Shown here piece after piece: positions 29,539-37,983 of a stretch of DNA of 64,000 nucleotides. The position numbers were made by a program, and so were the translations under genes. The first letter of the stretch is position 1; each line of letters opens with the position of its first letter. The DNA lies in contig OZ219791.1 in the NCBI GenBank assembly GCA_964291215.2, forward strand, positions 960,001-1,024,000, in the 5' to 3' direction. The notes beneath the pieces were generated by a model. The model had not been told where the DNA came from. It did no database searches and saw only the letters and a list, made by a program, of their open reading frames with translations. This DNA comes from Alphaproteobacteria bacterium. GTDB taxonomy: Bacteria > Pseudomonadota > Alphaproteobacteria > MPNO01 > UBA830.

Positions 29539-29985
29539 TCAGGACAGCCGGACCTTTCCGCCCAGGTCCGCGCAGTCCTCGTCGGCCCTGAAGCCGCAGG
29601 CGTAAATACCGTGAATGGCCAGCTCGTCATCCCGGTCCTGGGTGTCGCCGGTAACGCCGACGGCGCCGATGACTTGTCCCTCCGAGTTGCGGATCAGGCG
29701 TCCGCCGCCCTCGGCAACGATGCGGTCGTCCGAAGCCTTGATCAGGTACTCTATGAAGACCGGCCGCTCCTCAGCGCGGATGCGGACCAGGTTCGAGGAG
29801 CGGCCGAGCGCAAGCACCGCGTGGGCCATTTTGAAGCGCAGCATGGCCCCGTGCTCCTCCTTCTGGAACGCCTTGACGACTGATCCGGGCTCGACCACCA
29901 CCACGGCAAGCGGCCGTCAATCAAGTTCGCGGCCCCGGACGAGTATCGCGGCGATGACAGCATTTGCCTGGCTGAGAGTGATCAT
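29539..29985 (-). pseudogene. GlcG/HbpS family heme-binding protein, probable pseudogene
   Basis: MITLSQANAVIAAILVRGRELD*RPLAVVVVEPG...GGGRLIRN..G.VIGAVGVTGDT..DDELA. In-frame TGA at 29917-29919 and an apparently missing 'KA' motif. Confidence 0.7.
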
Positions 29986-30091
29986 GGCCGACCTGTCTCC
30001 TTGTTCCAGAAGCCGGCAGCGCTGCCGAAACGGCGGGTCCTGCCTGTCCGCGTCGCACGACGGCGGCTCCTTCGGGCGTCGCGGATGCGGC

Positions 30092-32047
30092 TCAACTGAA
30101 CAGCAGCGACGGATACCAGATCACTGCCACCACTCTTTCGAACATGACATAGAGAAAGACCGCCCCGCCGCCCGCATACAGCAGTCCGAGGCGCCAGCTG
30201 TAGCCGCCCCAGGCAAGCATATAGAGCGCCATGAACAGCGGCAGGGCGATAAGCTGCCCGGCAATGACGGTGGCAAGGCCGAGTCCCGCCAGCCACAGGA
30301 AGAAGTTGCCGGCCCGGAGCAGCACGGGAAGTTTGAGGGTTGCTGCCGCGTCTTCCCGGCCCGCGAACGCGCGGAAGGTCTCGAACAGCGCGAGCAGGCA
30401 CAGCGCGAGGCCCGGAATCGCCGTGACGATCGGGATGCGCCCCGAATCTGCCGGCCAGGAAATGGCGGGGATCAGCGAATAGGCGAATGCCGCGACGATC
30501 AGGGTCAGCGAGAGCAGCGACATGCGCGGATCCCAGGTCTCGGTTTCCCCAAATCTCTTGCGGTTTTCGCTGCGGCGCTCCCGGATCCGCGCCCGCGCCG
30601 CAAGTGCGAGCGCCGCCAGGATGATCACGACGATGATCAGCGATATCGGGCGTGTTACCAGATCGGACCAGCTGTATCCCTCGGCCGTAATGTGAAGCGC
30701 GTCCTCCATGATCGGTCCGAGTATGAAGCCGAGGACCAGGGGCGGCCGGGGAATGCCGCCCTGCTTCATGAAGTATCCGACCACCCCGAAGACCAGCACG
30801 GTTGCGAGATCGCCGGGACTGTTGTTCGAGAGCCATGCGCCCATGAACACGAACATGCATACGACGGGAACGATCAGGTGGCCGCGGACAAACGTTACTT
30901 TGGCTATCTGCTGGCCCCAGATCATGAGCAACACGGCGCCAGCGACATTGGCGATCACCAGGGTCCACATCATCGAGAAGGTGATGTGGAGATTCGTCGT
31001 CAGCATCTGTGGTCCGGGTTGCAGCCCCTGGATGAGCAGCGCCCCGAGCAATATGGCCATCGAGGCGCTGCCCGGAATCCCGAAGGCAACCGTCGGGATC
31101 AGCGCACCGCCCTTCATGGCGTTGTTGGCCGTCTCTGGCGCGATCACGCCGCGCACATCGCCCTTGCCGAACATCGACTTGTCGCGGGCGCTCTGTACGA
31201 CATGACCATAGGCCACCCAGTCCACGATGGCGCCGCCGAGTCCCGGCAGCATGCCGACATAGGCCCCGATGGCGGTCGATCGCAGGACCAGCCACCAGTT
31301 CCGCGCCGCGTCCTTCATGCCATGCACGATCGAGCTTCCTGCCTGGTCGCGGGCGACGCGCGATATCGAGGTGTCGCGCACGGCGAGTTCGAGTATTTCG
31401 GGCAGGGCGAAGAGTCCGAGCACGACGGGGATGAGCGGTATGCCGTCGAGCAGATAGGTAAGGCCGAGCCAGTAGCGCGGGGTTCCGCCGGTGACCGAAT
31501 AGCCGACATAGGAAAGGGTCAGGCCGAAAAGCGCCGCGACAAGGCCTTTGACCATCGAGCCGCCGCTCAGCGAACCGACCATGGTCAGGCCCAGCACGCC
31601 GAGCAGGAAGAACTCCGGCTGCGCGAAGGACAGGATGAGCGGCTTGACGATGGGAATGGATATTCCGAGAACGATCGCGCCTAGCAGTCCGCCGACGGCC
31701 GAGACGGTGAAGGCGGCCCCGAAAGCCCTTGCGGCTTCGCCGCGCATGGCCATAGGGTAGCCGTCGATAATCGTTGCCTGAGAGGCGGCGGTGCCGGGAA
31801 TCCCGAGCAGCACCGAGGCGATCGTGTCGCTTGTCGTGGTGACGGCGAACATGCCGAGAAGGAACGCGAACGCGGAGATCGGCTCCATCCCGAAGGTGAA
31901 CGGCAACAGGATTGCCATGCCGACCAGACCGGAAAGGCCGGGAACGGCGCCAAAATAGAGTCCTATCAGTACGCCAAGACCCAGCCAGCCAACGGCCGGC
32001 CAAGCGACGACCGACAAGAGACCGGTTGCGACCGCTTCGAACATCAC
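30092..32047 (-). CDS. tripartite tricarboxylate transporter permease TctA with fused TctB-like C-terminus
   Basis: GAVPGL, LLGIPGT, DGYPMA..G.A, APETANNAMKGGALIPTVAFGIPGS, GLQPGP, LVLGFILG. Extra ~4 predicted TM helices at the C-terminus. Confidence 0.88.
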   Translation of the reverse strand: MMFEAVATGLLSVVAWPAVGWLGLGVLIGLYFGAVPGLSGLVGMAILLPFTFGMEPISAFAFLLGMFAVTTTSDTIASVLLGIPGTAASQATIIDGYPMAMRGEAARAFGAAFTVSAVGGLLGAIVLGISIPIVKPLILSFAQPEFFLLGVLGLTMVGSLSGGSMVKGLVAALFGLTLSYVGYSVTGGTPRYWLGLTYLLDGIPLIPVVLGLFALPEILELAVRDTSISRVARDQAGSSIVHGMKDAARNWWLVLRSTAIGAYVGMLPGLGGAIVDWVAYGHVVQSARDKSMFGKGDVRGVIAPETANNAMKGGALIPTVAFGIPGSASMAILLGALLIQGLQPGPQMLTTNLHITFSMMWTLVIANVAGAVLLMIWGQQIAKVTFVRGHLIVPVVCMFVFMGAWLSNNSPGDLATVLVFGVVGYFMKQGGIPRPPLVLGFILGPIMEDALHITAEGYSWSDLVTRPISLIIVVIILAALALAARARIRERRSENRKRFGETETWDPRMSLLSLTLIVAAFAYSLIPAISWPADSGRIPIVTAIPGLALCLLALFETFRAFAGREDAAATLKLPVLLRAGNFFLWLAGLGLATVIAGQLIALPLFMALYMLAWGGYSWRLGLLYAGGGAVFLYVMFERVVAVIWYPSLLFS

Positions 32048-32112
32048 GCTGTGCCCTGCGTCCCGAAGCCGTCAGGCCTGGGACGCAGGGAATGCGGTTT
32101 TCCGCGTTCCGG

Positions 32113-33192
32113 TTACTTCTTCTTGCCGGCCGCGGAGAACTCCTTCAGATAGGCGACGATCTTTGGATCGACGGTTTTGAGGGAGTCGATGTGCTTGCGC
32201 GCGCCTTCGGAGAGGATGATCTTCGGCGGCGCCTTGAAGGCCTTGGTGTATTCGGCGGCGAAATCCTTGTCGCTCGGTAGCGCCGCCCAGGCCATGCGCA
32301 GTTCTGCCAGCGCAGCTGCAGGCACGCCCTTCGGCACGTAGGATCCGCGCAGTATGTAGGTCGTCAGGTTGTTGACGAACCTCAAGACGTCCCACTTGAT
32401 GCCGGACGGCTTGCCTCCCTTTGTCTTGGCGTAGAATTCCTGGAAGGTCATGATCCCCTCAAGGTCGGCGAACTTGATGTCGTTGCCGTCATCGCCGACC
32501 GGCGCGTAGTAGTAGGTGGCAGATGCGATTCCGGGCTTGATCAGCGTCGGCTCGACTTTGCCCCGGAAGTTGGGCACGGATCCGCAGGAATACTGGGTCT
32601 CGTTCTGAAGGACCGCGGCCGAAACCTTTGCGAGCCCCCGATAGCCGGTCACGTAGGTGTATTTCGCGCCGAGGAGGTCGAGGGCAAGGCGAAGCCGGAG
32701 GTCATGGCTCGACGTGTTGCGCATGCCCGCGGCCTTGAAGCCGGAGATCTTGGTAACGTCCGCCGCCGACTTGATGCCGCCGCCTGCATCCTTTCGGACA
32801 TAGCACACCTGCGGCTGTCCGACGCCGGCGAGCCATTCGAATTCCGAGAAATCGGCCTTGAGGCCGGGATCGCCCAGGACTTGGGACATCACCGGTGGAG
32901 TATGGATGGCCACGGTCAACCCGTCGGGCTTGGCGACCTCGGCCATGAAGTTGGTGCCGACGATCCCCCCGGCTCCGGGCCGGTTCTTGACCACCACCCG
33001 TGGCTTGCCGGCAATATGCTTGGCGAGATGCTTCGCGATCAGCCGGCCTTCCACGTCGGTCGGGCCGCCAGCGCCGTAGTTGATGATCACGGTGATGCTC
33101 TTGTCCTTGTAGAACTGGGCTCCAGCCGGTGCCGCGGCTAGCACGAGCAGGGGCGTTATGGCGAGCAGGCCGTTTCTGAGAACGTTCTTCAC
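32113..33192 (-). CDS. Bug/TctC family tripartite tricarboxylate transporter substrate-binding protein
   Basis: Signal peptide, FYKDKSITVII.YGAGGPTD..GR, VVKNRPGAGG, AKPDGLT, VTGYRG. Confidence 0.88.
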   Translation of the reverse strand: MKNVLRNGLLAITPLLVLAAAPAGAQFYKDKSITVIINYGAGGPTDVEGRLIAKHLAKHIAGKPRVVVKNRPGAGGIVGTNFMAEVAKPDGLTVAIHTPPVMSQVLGDPGLKADFSEFEWLAGVGQPQVCYVRKDAGGGIKSAADVTKISGFKAAGMRNTSSHDLRLRLALDLLGAKYTYVTGYRGLAKVSAAVLQNETQYSCGSVPNFRGKVEPTLIKPGIASATYYYAPVGDDGNDIKFADLEGIMTFQEFYAKTKGGKPSGIKWDVLRFVNNLTTYILRGSYVPKGVPAAALAELRMAWAALPSDKDFAAEYTKAFKAPPKIILSEGARKHIDSLKTVDPKIVAYLKEFSAAGKKK

Positions 33193-33245
33193 TGTCTTTC
33201 TCCTTTGTCCCGGTTACCAGTCTTGCCGTCGTTAGGGCGTTTCCG

Positions 33246-34088
33246 TCAGTTGTCCTTCCCTTCTTCGGAGCCGAGCTTGAAGGGCTCGAAGGTCGGCTTG
33301 TAGCTCTTTTCGTCGAGGAACTGGCTGAGTCCGGTATTGTAGGAATCCTCGGTGTCGCCGACCTTGATGGCCATGCCCTTCTCTGCCAGGTAGTCGTAGG
33401 ACTGACCGAAATCCATCGACCGGACGTTGCGCACGGCCTGCTTGGTCGCCCGCAGCACGCGCGGGCTCTTGGCCATGAGCTTGTTGGCAAGTTCGGTGAC
33501 CTTGTCCTTGACCTCGGCAGGCGGTACGGCGAAATTGACCATGCCGATGCGTTCCGCTTCCTTGCCGTCGAAGGGCTCCCCGAGGCAGCAGTAGTAGAGC
33601 GCATGCCGCGGCAGCACTGTGTCGGCGACAACCTTGCTCACGAGCGCGCCCGGCAGGATGCCCCAATTGACCTCCGAAAGGCTGAAGGTCGCGTCCTCGG
33701 CCGCGACCGCAAAGTCGGTTGCGAGCAACTGCATGAACGCGCCGCCGACGCAGTACCCTTCGACCATCGCGATCGTCGGCTTGTCGTAGTTGTAGAGGAG
33801 TTCCCAGCGCCAGCGATTGGCAGCGCGCTGGGCCTTCTTGCGGCCGAGCGGATTGTTCTCGTTGGCGCGGAAGAAGAGTTTGAGGTCCTGCCCGGCGGAA
33901 AAGTTGCCCCCGGCGCCGGTCACCACCACCACCTTGGCCTCCGGATCGACCTCAAGCGCGGTAAGCGCTGCTTCCATCTCCTCGTGGAGCTGGGGGCTCA
34001 TGGCGTTGCGCTTCTCGGGCCGGTTGAGCCGGACCCAGGCTATACCGTCGGCTAGTTTAACGTCTACGCATTCAAAGTTGTCGTACAT
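33246..34088 (-). CDS. p-hydroxycinnamoyl-CoA hydratase/lyase (Ech/FerB-like crotonase)
   Basis: IAWVRLNRPEKRNAMSPQL, SAGQDLKLFFR, KPTIAMVEGYC.GGAF, LSEVNWGILPG, GLSQFLDEKSYKP. Confidence 0.85.
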   Translation of the reverse strand: MYDNFECVDVKLADGIAWVRLNRPEKRNAMSPQLHEEMEAALTALEVDPEAKVVVVTGAGGNFSAGQDLKLFFRANENNPLGRKKAQRAANRWRWELLYNYDKPTIAMVEGYCVGGAFMQLLATDFAVAAEDATFSLSEVNWGILPGALVSKVVADTVLPRHALYYCCLGEPFDGKEAERIGMVNFAVPPAEVKDKVTELANKLMAKSPRVLRATKQAVRNVRSMDFGQSYDYLAEKGMAIKVGDTEDSYNTGLSQFLDEKSYKPTFEPFKLGSEEGKDN

Positions 34089-34351
34089 GGGCTTCTCCTG
34101 CTCCTGTTCCGCACCGGGCGCGCCCCAGAACACATGTCCCGTCCGTGCAGCCGAGGCCTACGGGCCGGCGACGCCTGCCCGATCACGGCAATCGGGAGCG
34201 TCCGACCCGTTGCGTGCTTCTCTGCTGATGGCCAAGGCGCTGCCTCGGGCACCGTCACCGTCGACGATAACGAACTTGAGTGCAGTTTGCTCCAATAGCT
34301 GCGAACCGTGCAAGCAATATCTTGGCGGCCGTACGCCGTCCGGCTGCGGAT

Positions 34352-35509
34352 TCAGGACCCGTACCGGCGCAGGACATGGCGTGCGAGCGCCATCTTGAGG
34401 ATTTCCGTCGGACCTTCGGTGATGATGAAGCTCCTTTGGTCGCGCCACATGCGCTCGATCGGCAGGTCCGTCGTTAGGCCGAGCCCGCCATGGATCTGCA
34501 TGCATCTGTCCGCCGCTTCGAACGACTTTGTGTCGCCGAAATACTTCACGATGTAGGAATCGTAGCGGACATCCTCGCCCGCGTCGTGCCGGGCGGCCGC
34601 GTCGTAGACCATGAGGCGCAGCATGTGCAGGTCGGCATGGGAATCGACCAGCATCCACTGCACCGCTTGGCGCTCGGCAAGCTTGCGGCCGAATGTGAGC
34701 CGCTGCTGCGCATACGAAACACCGAGCTCCAGGCAACGTTCGATCACGCCGATGCCGCGGGCGCCGTGGCGTATGCGCCCGGCCGTGATCCAGTTCTGCG
34801 CGAACCGGAAACCATCGCCCTCCTCGCCGATGCGGTTCTCGGCCGGCACCCGCACGTCCTCGAACGCGATTTCCCATGGGCGATCGTGCATCATCGTTTC
34901 CTGCTGGCGCAGGAGCCTGACGCCGGGGGTGTCCATGTCCACGAGGAATGCCGAAATGCCGCCGCGCGACCCCTTTTCCCGGTCGGTGGCCGCAAACACC
35001 TGGGCAAAATGCGCGTCGCTGGCGCCGGTGATGAACCGCTTGGTGCCGTTGATCACGTAGTGGTTGCCGTCGCGGACAGCGGTCGTCCGCATGGCACCGG
35101 GATCGCCGCCGGCGTCCGGTTCGGTCTGTGCGAAGCAATGGCGGAGCTTTCCTTCCAAGACCGGGTAGAGATAGCGTTGCTTCTGTTCGTCGTTGAGGAA
35201 GTAGAGTATCGGGCTGACGTTCGGGCCGAAGACATACGCCGCGCGCGAGGGCAACGCCACCGTGCGCGCCAGCTCGGCCCACACCACTGCCCGGGCGAGC
35301 AGCTCCAGGCCCTGGCCGCCATACTCGGTCGGGACGTCGTAGAGCCAGAGCCCGACAGCCTTGGCCTTTTCCTCAAGATCGGCCTGGAGATCGGCCCGCA
35401 GCTTCGGCCCGTCAAGGCTTCCGTTCTCGACCGGAATGAGCTCGCGATCGACGAAACGCCGCACCGTCTCCTTGAGCATGCGCAGTTCTTCGGGGAGTTG
35501 GTAGTCCAT
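34352..35509 (-). CDS. acyl-CoA dehydrogenase
   Basis: CFAQTEPDAGGD, INGTKRFIT, R.TFG.KLAERQAVQW, QIHGG.G, ITEGPTEI. Confidence 0.9.
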   Translation of the reverse strand: MDYQLPEELRMLKETVRRFVDRELIPVENGSLDGPKLRADLQADLEEKAKAVGLWLYDVPTEYGGQGLELLARAVVWAELARTVALPSRAAYVFGPNVSPILYFLNDEQKQRYLYPVLEGKLRHCFAQTEPDAGGDPGAMRTTAVRDGNHYVINGTKRFITGASDAHFAQVFAATDREKGSRGGISAFLVDMDTPGVRLLRQQETMMHDRPWEIAFEDVRVPAENRIGEEGDGFRFAQNWITAGRIRHGARGIGVIERCLELGVSYAQQRLTFGRKLAERQAVQWMLVDSHADLHMLRLMVYDAAARHDAGEDVRYDSYIVKYFGDTKSFEAADRCMQIHGGLGLTTDLPIERMWRDQRSFIITEGPTEILKMALARHVLRRYGS

Positions 35510-35530
35510 TGGCGGCCTTTCTTGCGGGTC

Positions 35531-37615
35531 TCAGGCGTCCGGGGTTCGCGCGGCAATGCGGAGATCGATGGCGCACACGCCCTCTCCCCGGCCGAACACG
35601 ACCAGCGGATTGATCTCGATGCCGTCGAGGCAGTGGCAGAACTCGGTGTAGGTTTCGCACAGCGCCGTGGCAGCGGCAACGAAGGCATCGACATCGCGTT
35701 CCGGCGCTCCGCGGACGCTGCTAAACAGGGCGCTGCATTGCAGTTCGCCGATCATGGCGGCAACATCGCCGGCGGTGGCGGGAAGCTGTCGGAACACGAT
35801 GTCGTTGATCGCCTCGACGAGAATGCCCCCGAAGCCAAGCGCCAGCACGGGCCCGAACTGCCGGTCGGCATGTATGCCGATGATGGTCTCGAGCCCGATC
35901 ACCATTTCCTGGATGACGAAGCCGTCGATCCGGGCTTCGGGATGCGCGGCCTTCAGCCGGGCCTCCATCTCGCTGGCGGCGTCGATTGCCTCGTCTGGCC
36001 CGGTGACGCCGAGCGCCACGCCGCCGACCTCGGTCTTGTGTACGGCTTGCGGCGACACGACCTTGACGGCCACGGGAAAGCCGATCTTGGCCGCGGCATC
36101 GCCGACGGCGGCCGCGGATGCGGCCTGCGCCGACCGTGGCGGCTTGATCCCCCGCGCGGCAAGCAGTTTCCCGATTTCGGTGGGCTCCGCGATCTGCGCC
36201 GGCGGCGCTGCGAACGGTGCTGCGCCGCGCTTCCGTGCCTCGGCGCAGGCCGACATAGCGCGGAGTGTCCGCCCGACTTCGGGCAGGCGCTGCAGGAACG
36301 GGATGCCCGCGGCTTTCTGGAAGGCGCGTCCGGCGTCAGTCACGGTCTGTGACATGCGGTTGTGAGCGATGACAGGTTTCTCCGTCGACTCCCTGACCGC
36401 TCGGAACAGTTCGGGGTCGCCTTCCGCACCCTCCACGAGCGGCAGCTGCCCCTGCATCGAGACCATGTCTATGTTGGGATCGGCGGCGACGATCTTGCAT
36501 ATCTCGGCAAAGTCCGCGAAACGGCGGGCCAACCCGGCTCCGGTGTCGAGCGGATTGCTCGGCGGCACGCCGGCATCGATGCGTTCTGCGAGCTTTGCCT
36601 TGGTATCGGGCGTGAATTCGGGTAGGTCGAGCCCGATCTCGTCGGCATAGTCGCTGAAGAGGCCCTTGGCACCACCGGAATATCCAACCATCGCGATGCG
36701 CGGTCCGGCAGGCAGGCGGCCGTTCGCGAACGCCAGCGACGCCTCGATGAGTTCGTCGAGGGTCTCGACACGGGCAATGCCGTACTTGCGGCAGAAGGCG
36801 TCGAAGACCCTGTCGTCGCTCGCCAGCGCGCCGGTATGGCTGACCGCTGCGGCCTCACCCGCGGCCGAACGCCCGATCTTGAGCATGACAATGGGCTTGC
36901 CGGCCTCGAGTGCACGCGCGGCGGCGGCCATCAGTGCGTCGGCGCAGCGCACACCTTCCATCATGCAGGCGATGACCCGGGTATGGGGATCGTCGACGAG
37001 GAAGTTGATGTAGTCAGCGGCGTTGAGGTCGAGCTCGTTGCCGCTCGATACGGCGTAGGAGTAGCCGAGCCCCCGCGCCGCGCCCTGCTCCAGCCAGAAC
37101 TGAAAGGTCCCCCCCGACTGGAAGATCACGCCGACCGGGCCGGCGCTGATCCCGCGCACGCGGGCCGTGGGGTAGAGCAGGAGCCGTTCGGGCAGCGACA
37201 GCGAGCCCATGCAGTTAGGTCCGGCGATCCTAAGGCCGGTCTCGGCCGAGAGCGAACGCAGCCGCTTGGCCCGGCGCGCGCCGACGGGGTCGCCGCCTTC
37301 GCCGAAGCGCGCCGCATAGACGAGCGCGCAGCCGAGACCCGCTTGGGCGGCTTCGGCGAGCACGTCGGGTACCGCCTCGGCCGGGATGATCACGATCGCG
37401 AGATCAATACGTTCGGGCAGTGAGGCGAAATCGGGGTAGACCGGGCGGCCCCAGAGTTCGTTGCGGTGCGGATTGACGAGATGAACGCGCGCCGGGAAGT
37501 CGTGATGGGCAAGATTTTCGTATACCCCCCGGGGCCAGCCACCGCCGCTCCGGTCCGAGGCGCCGACGATGGCAACGGTCCTGGGGCGAAAGAGGAACTC
37601 CGCCGATCTGAACAT
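35531..37615 (-). CDS. acetate--CoA ligase family (NDP-forming) acyl-CoA synthetase
   Basis: PRTVAIVGAS, IAGPNCMG, QSGG, SSGNELD, AVSHTGALA (phospho-His), HKTEVGGV, EINPL. Confidence 0.88.
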   Translation of the reverse strand: MFRSAEFLFRPRTVAIVGASDRSGGGWPRGVYENLAHHDFPARVHLVNPHRNELWGRPVYPDFASLPERIDLAIVIIPAEAVPDVLAEAAQAGLGCALVYAARFGEGGDPVGARRAKRLRSLSAETGLRIAGPNCMGSLSLPERLLLYPTARVRGISAGPVGVIFQSGGTFQFWLEQGAARGLGYSYAVSSGNELDLNAADYINFLVDDPHTRVIACMMEGVRCADALMAAAARALEAGKPIVMLKIGRSAAGEAAAVSHTGALASDDRVFDAFCRKYGIARVETLDELIEASLAFANGRLPAGPRIAMVGYSGGAKGLFSDYADEIGLDLPEFTPDTKAKLAERIDAGVPPSNPLDTGAGLARRFADFAEICKIVAADPNIDMVSMQGQLPLVEGAEGDPELFRAVRESTEKPVIAHNRMSQTVTDAGRAFQKAAGIPFLQRLPEVGRTLRAMSACAEARKRGAAPFAAPPAQIAEPTEIGKLLAARGIKPPRSAQAASAAAVGDAAAKIGFPVAVKVVSPQAVHKTEVGGVALGVTGPDEAIDAASEMEARLKAAHPEARIDGFVIQEMVIGLETIIGIHADRQFGPVLALGFGGILVEAINDIVFRQLPATAGDVAAMIGELQCSALFSSVRGAPERDVDAFVAAATALCETYTEFCHCLDGIEINPLVVFGRGEGVCAIDLRIAARTPDA

Positions 37616-37709
37616 TCGCGTCTCCGCGTGGCCGGGCGTTCCCCCCGGGTTCGGGTTTCCCTGAGCGGCCAGTATTTCGGGCCCGCCGGGTCCGGTCAAA
37701 TGCGTTGCG

Positions 37710-37892
37710 CAGGACCATTCTGTTGTCGCGATCGGCGGCGGACAACCGTGTCAGAGTAGCCGTTCTTGAAGTTGGTGGCACCGTCTCAAGGTCGGAACCG
37801 GCATATCGACAACGAAATCCGCTCCCGAATGGACCTCCAGATCTGCCTACAACGCCCCTCGTCGGACGAAACATGACAAAAGAAGAGCCCTG
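37710..37892 (-). mobile_element. 183-bp MITE, family A copy 2
   Basis: Inverted copy of 12159-12342. 10-bp TSD ATGCGTTGCG / ATGCGCTGCG (1 mismatch). Confidence 0.85.
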
Positions 37893-37983
37893 ATGCGCTG
37901 CGGCGGCTTCGGAGGAACCGGAATGGACAGGATGTCCGCTCGACAGGTCGATAAATGCGCCTATTGCCCATGGAATGCCCTTC

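Noticed and set aside
29917-29919. In-frame TGA in glcG as a selenocysteine codon
   Set aside because: No convincing SECIS stem-loop seen. The gene also appears to have lost a conserved motif, so nonsense mutation is simpler.
18963-36352. Long antisense ORFs (e.g. 18963-20825, 20257-21897, 29615-31684, 34490-36352)
   Set aside because: Shadow frames of high-GC3 genes on the opposite strand, with no recognisable motifs.
12159-37892. Inverted 184-bp repeats as ends of one 25-kb composite transposon, or as a riboswitch
   Set aside because: Each copy has its own distinct TSD, and the orientation relative to the downstream operon differs between copies.
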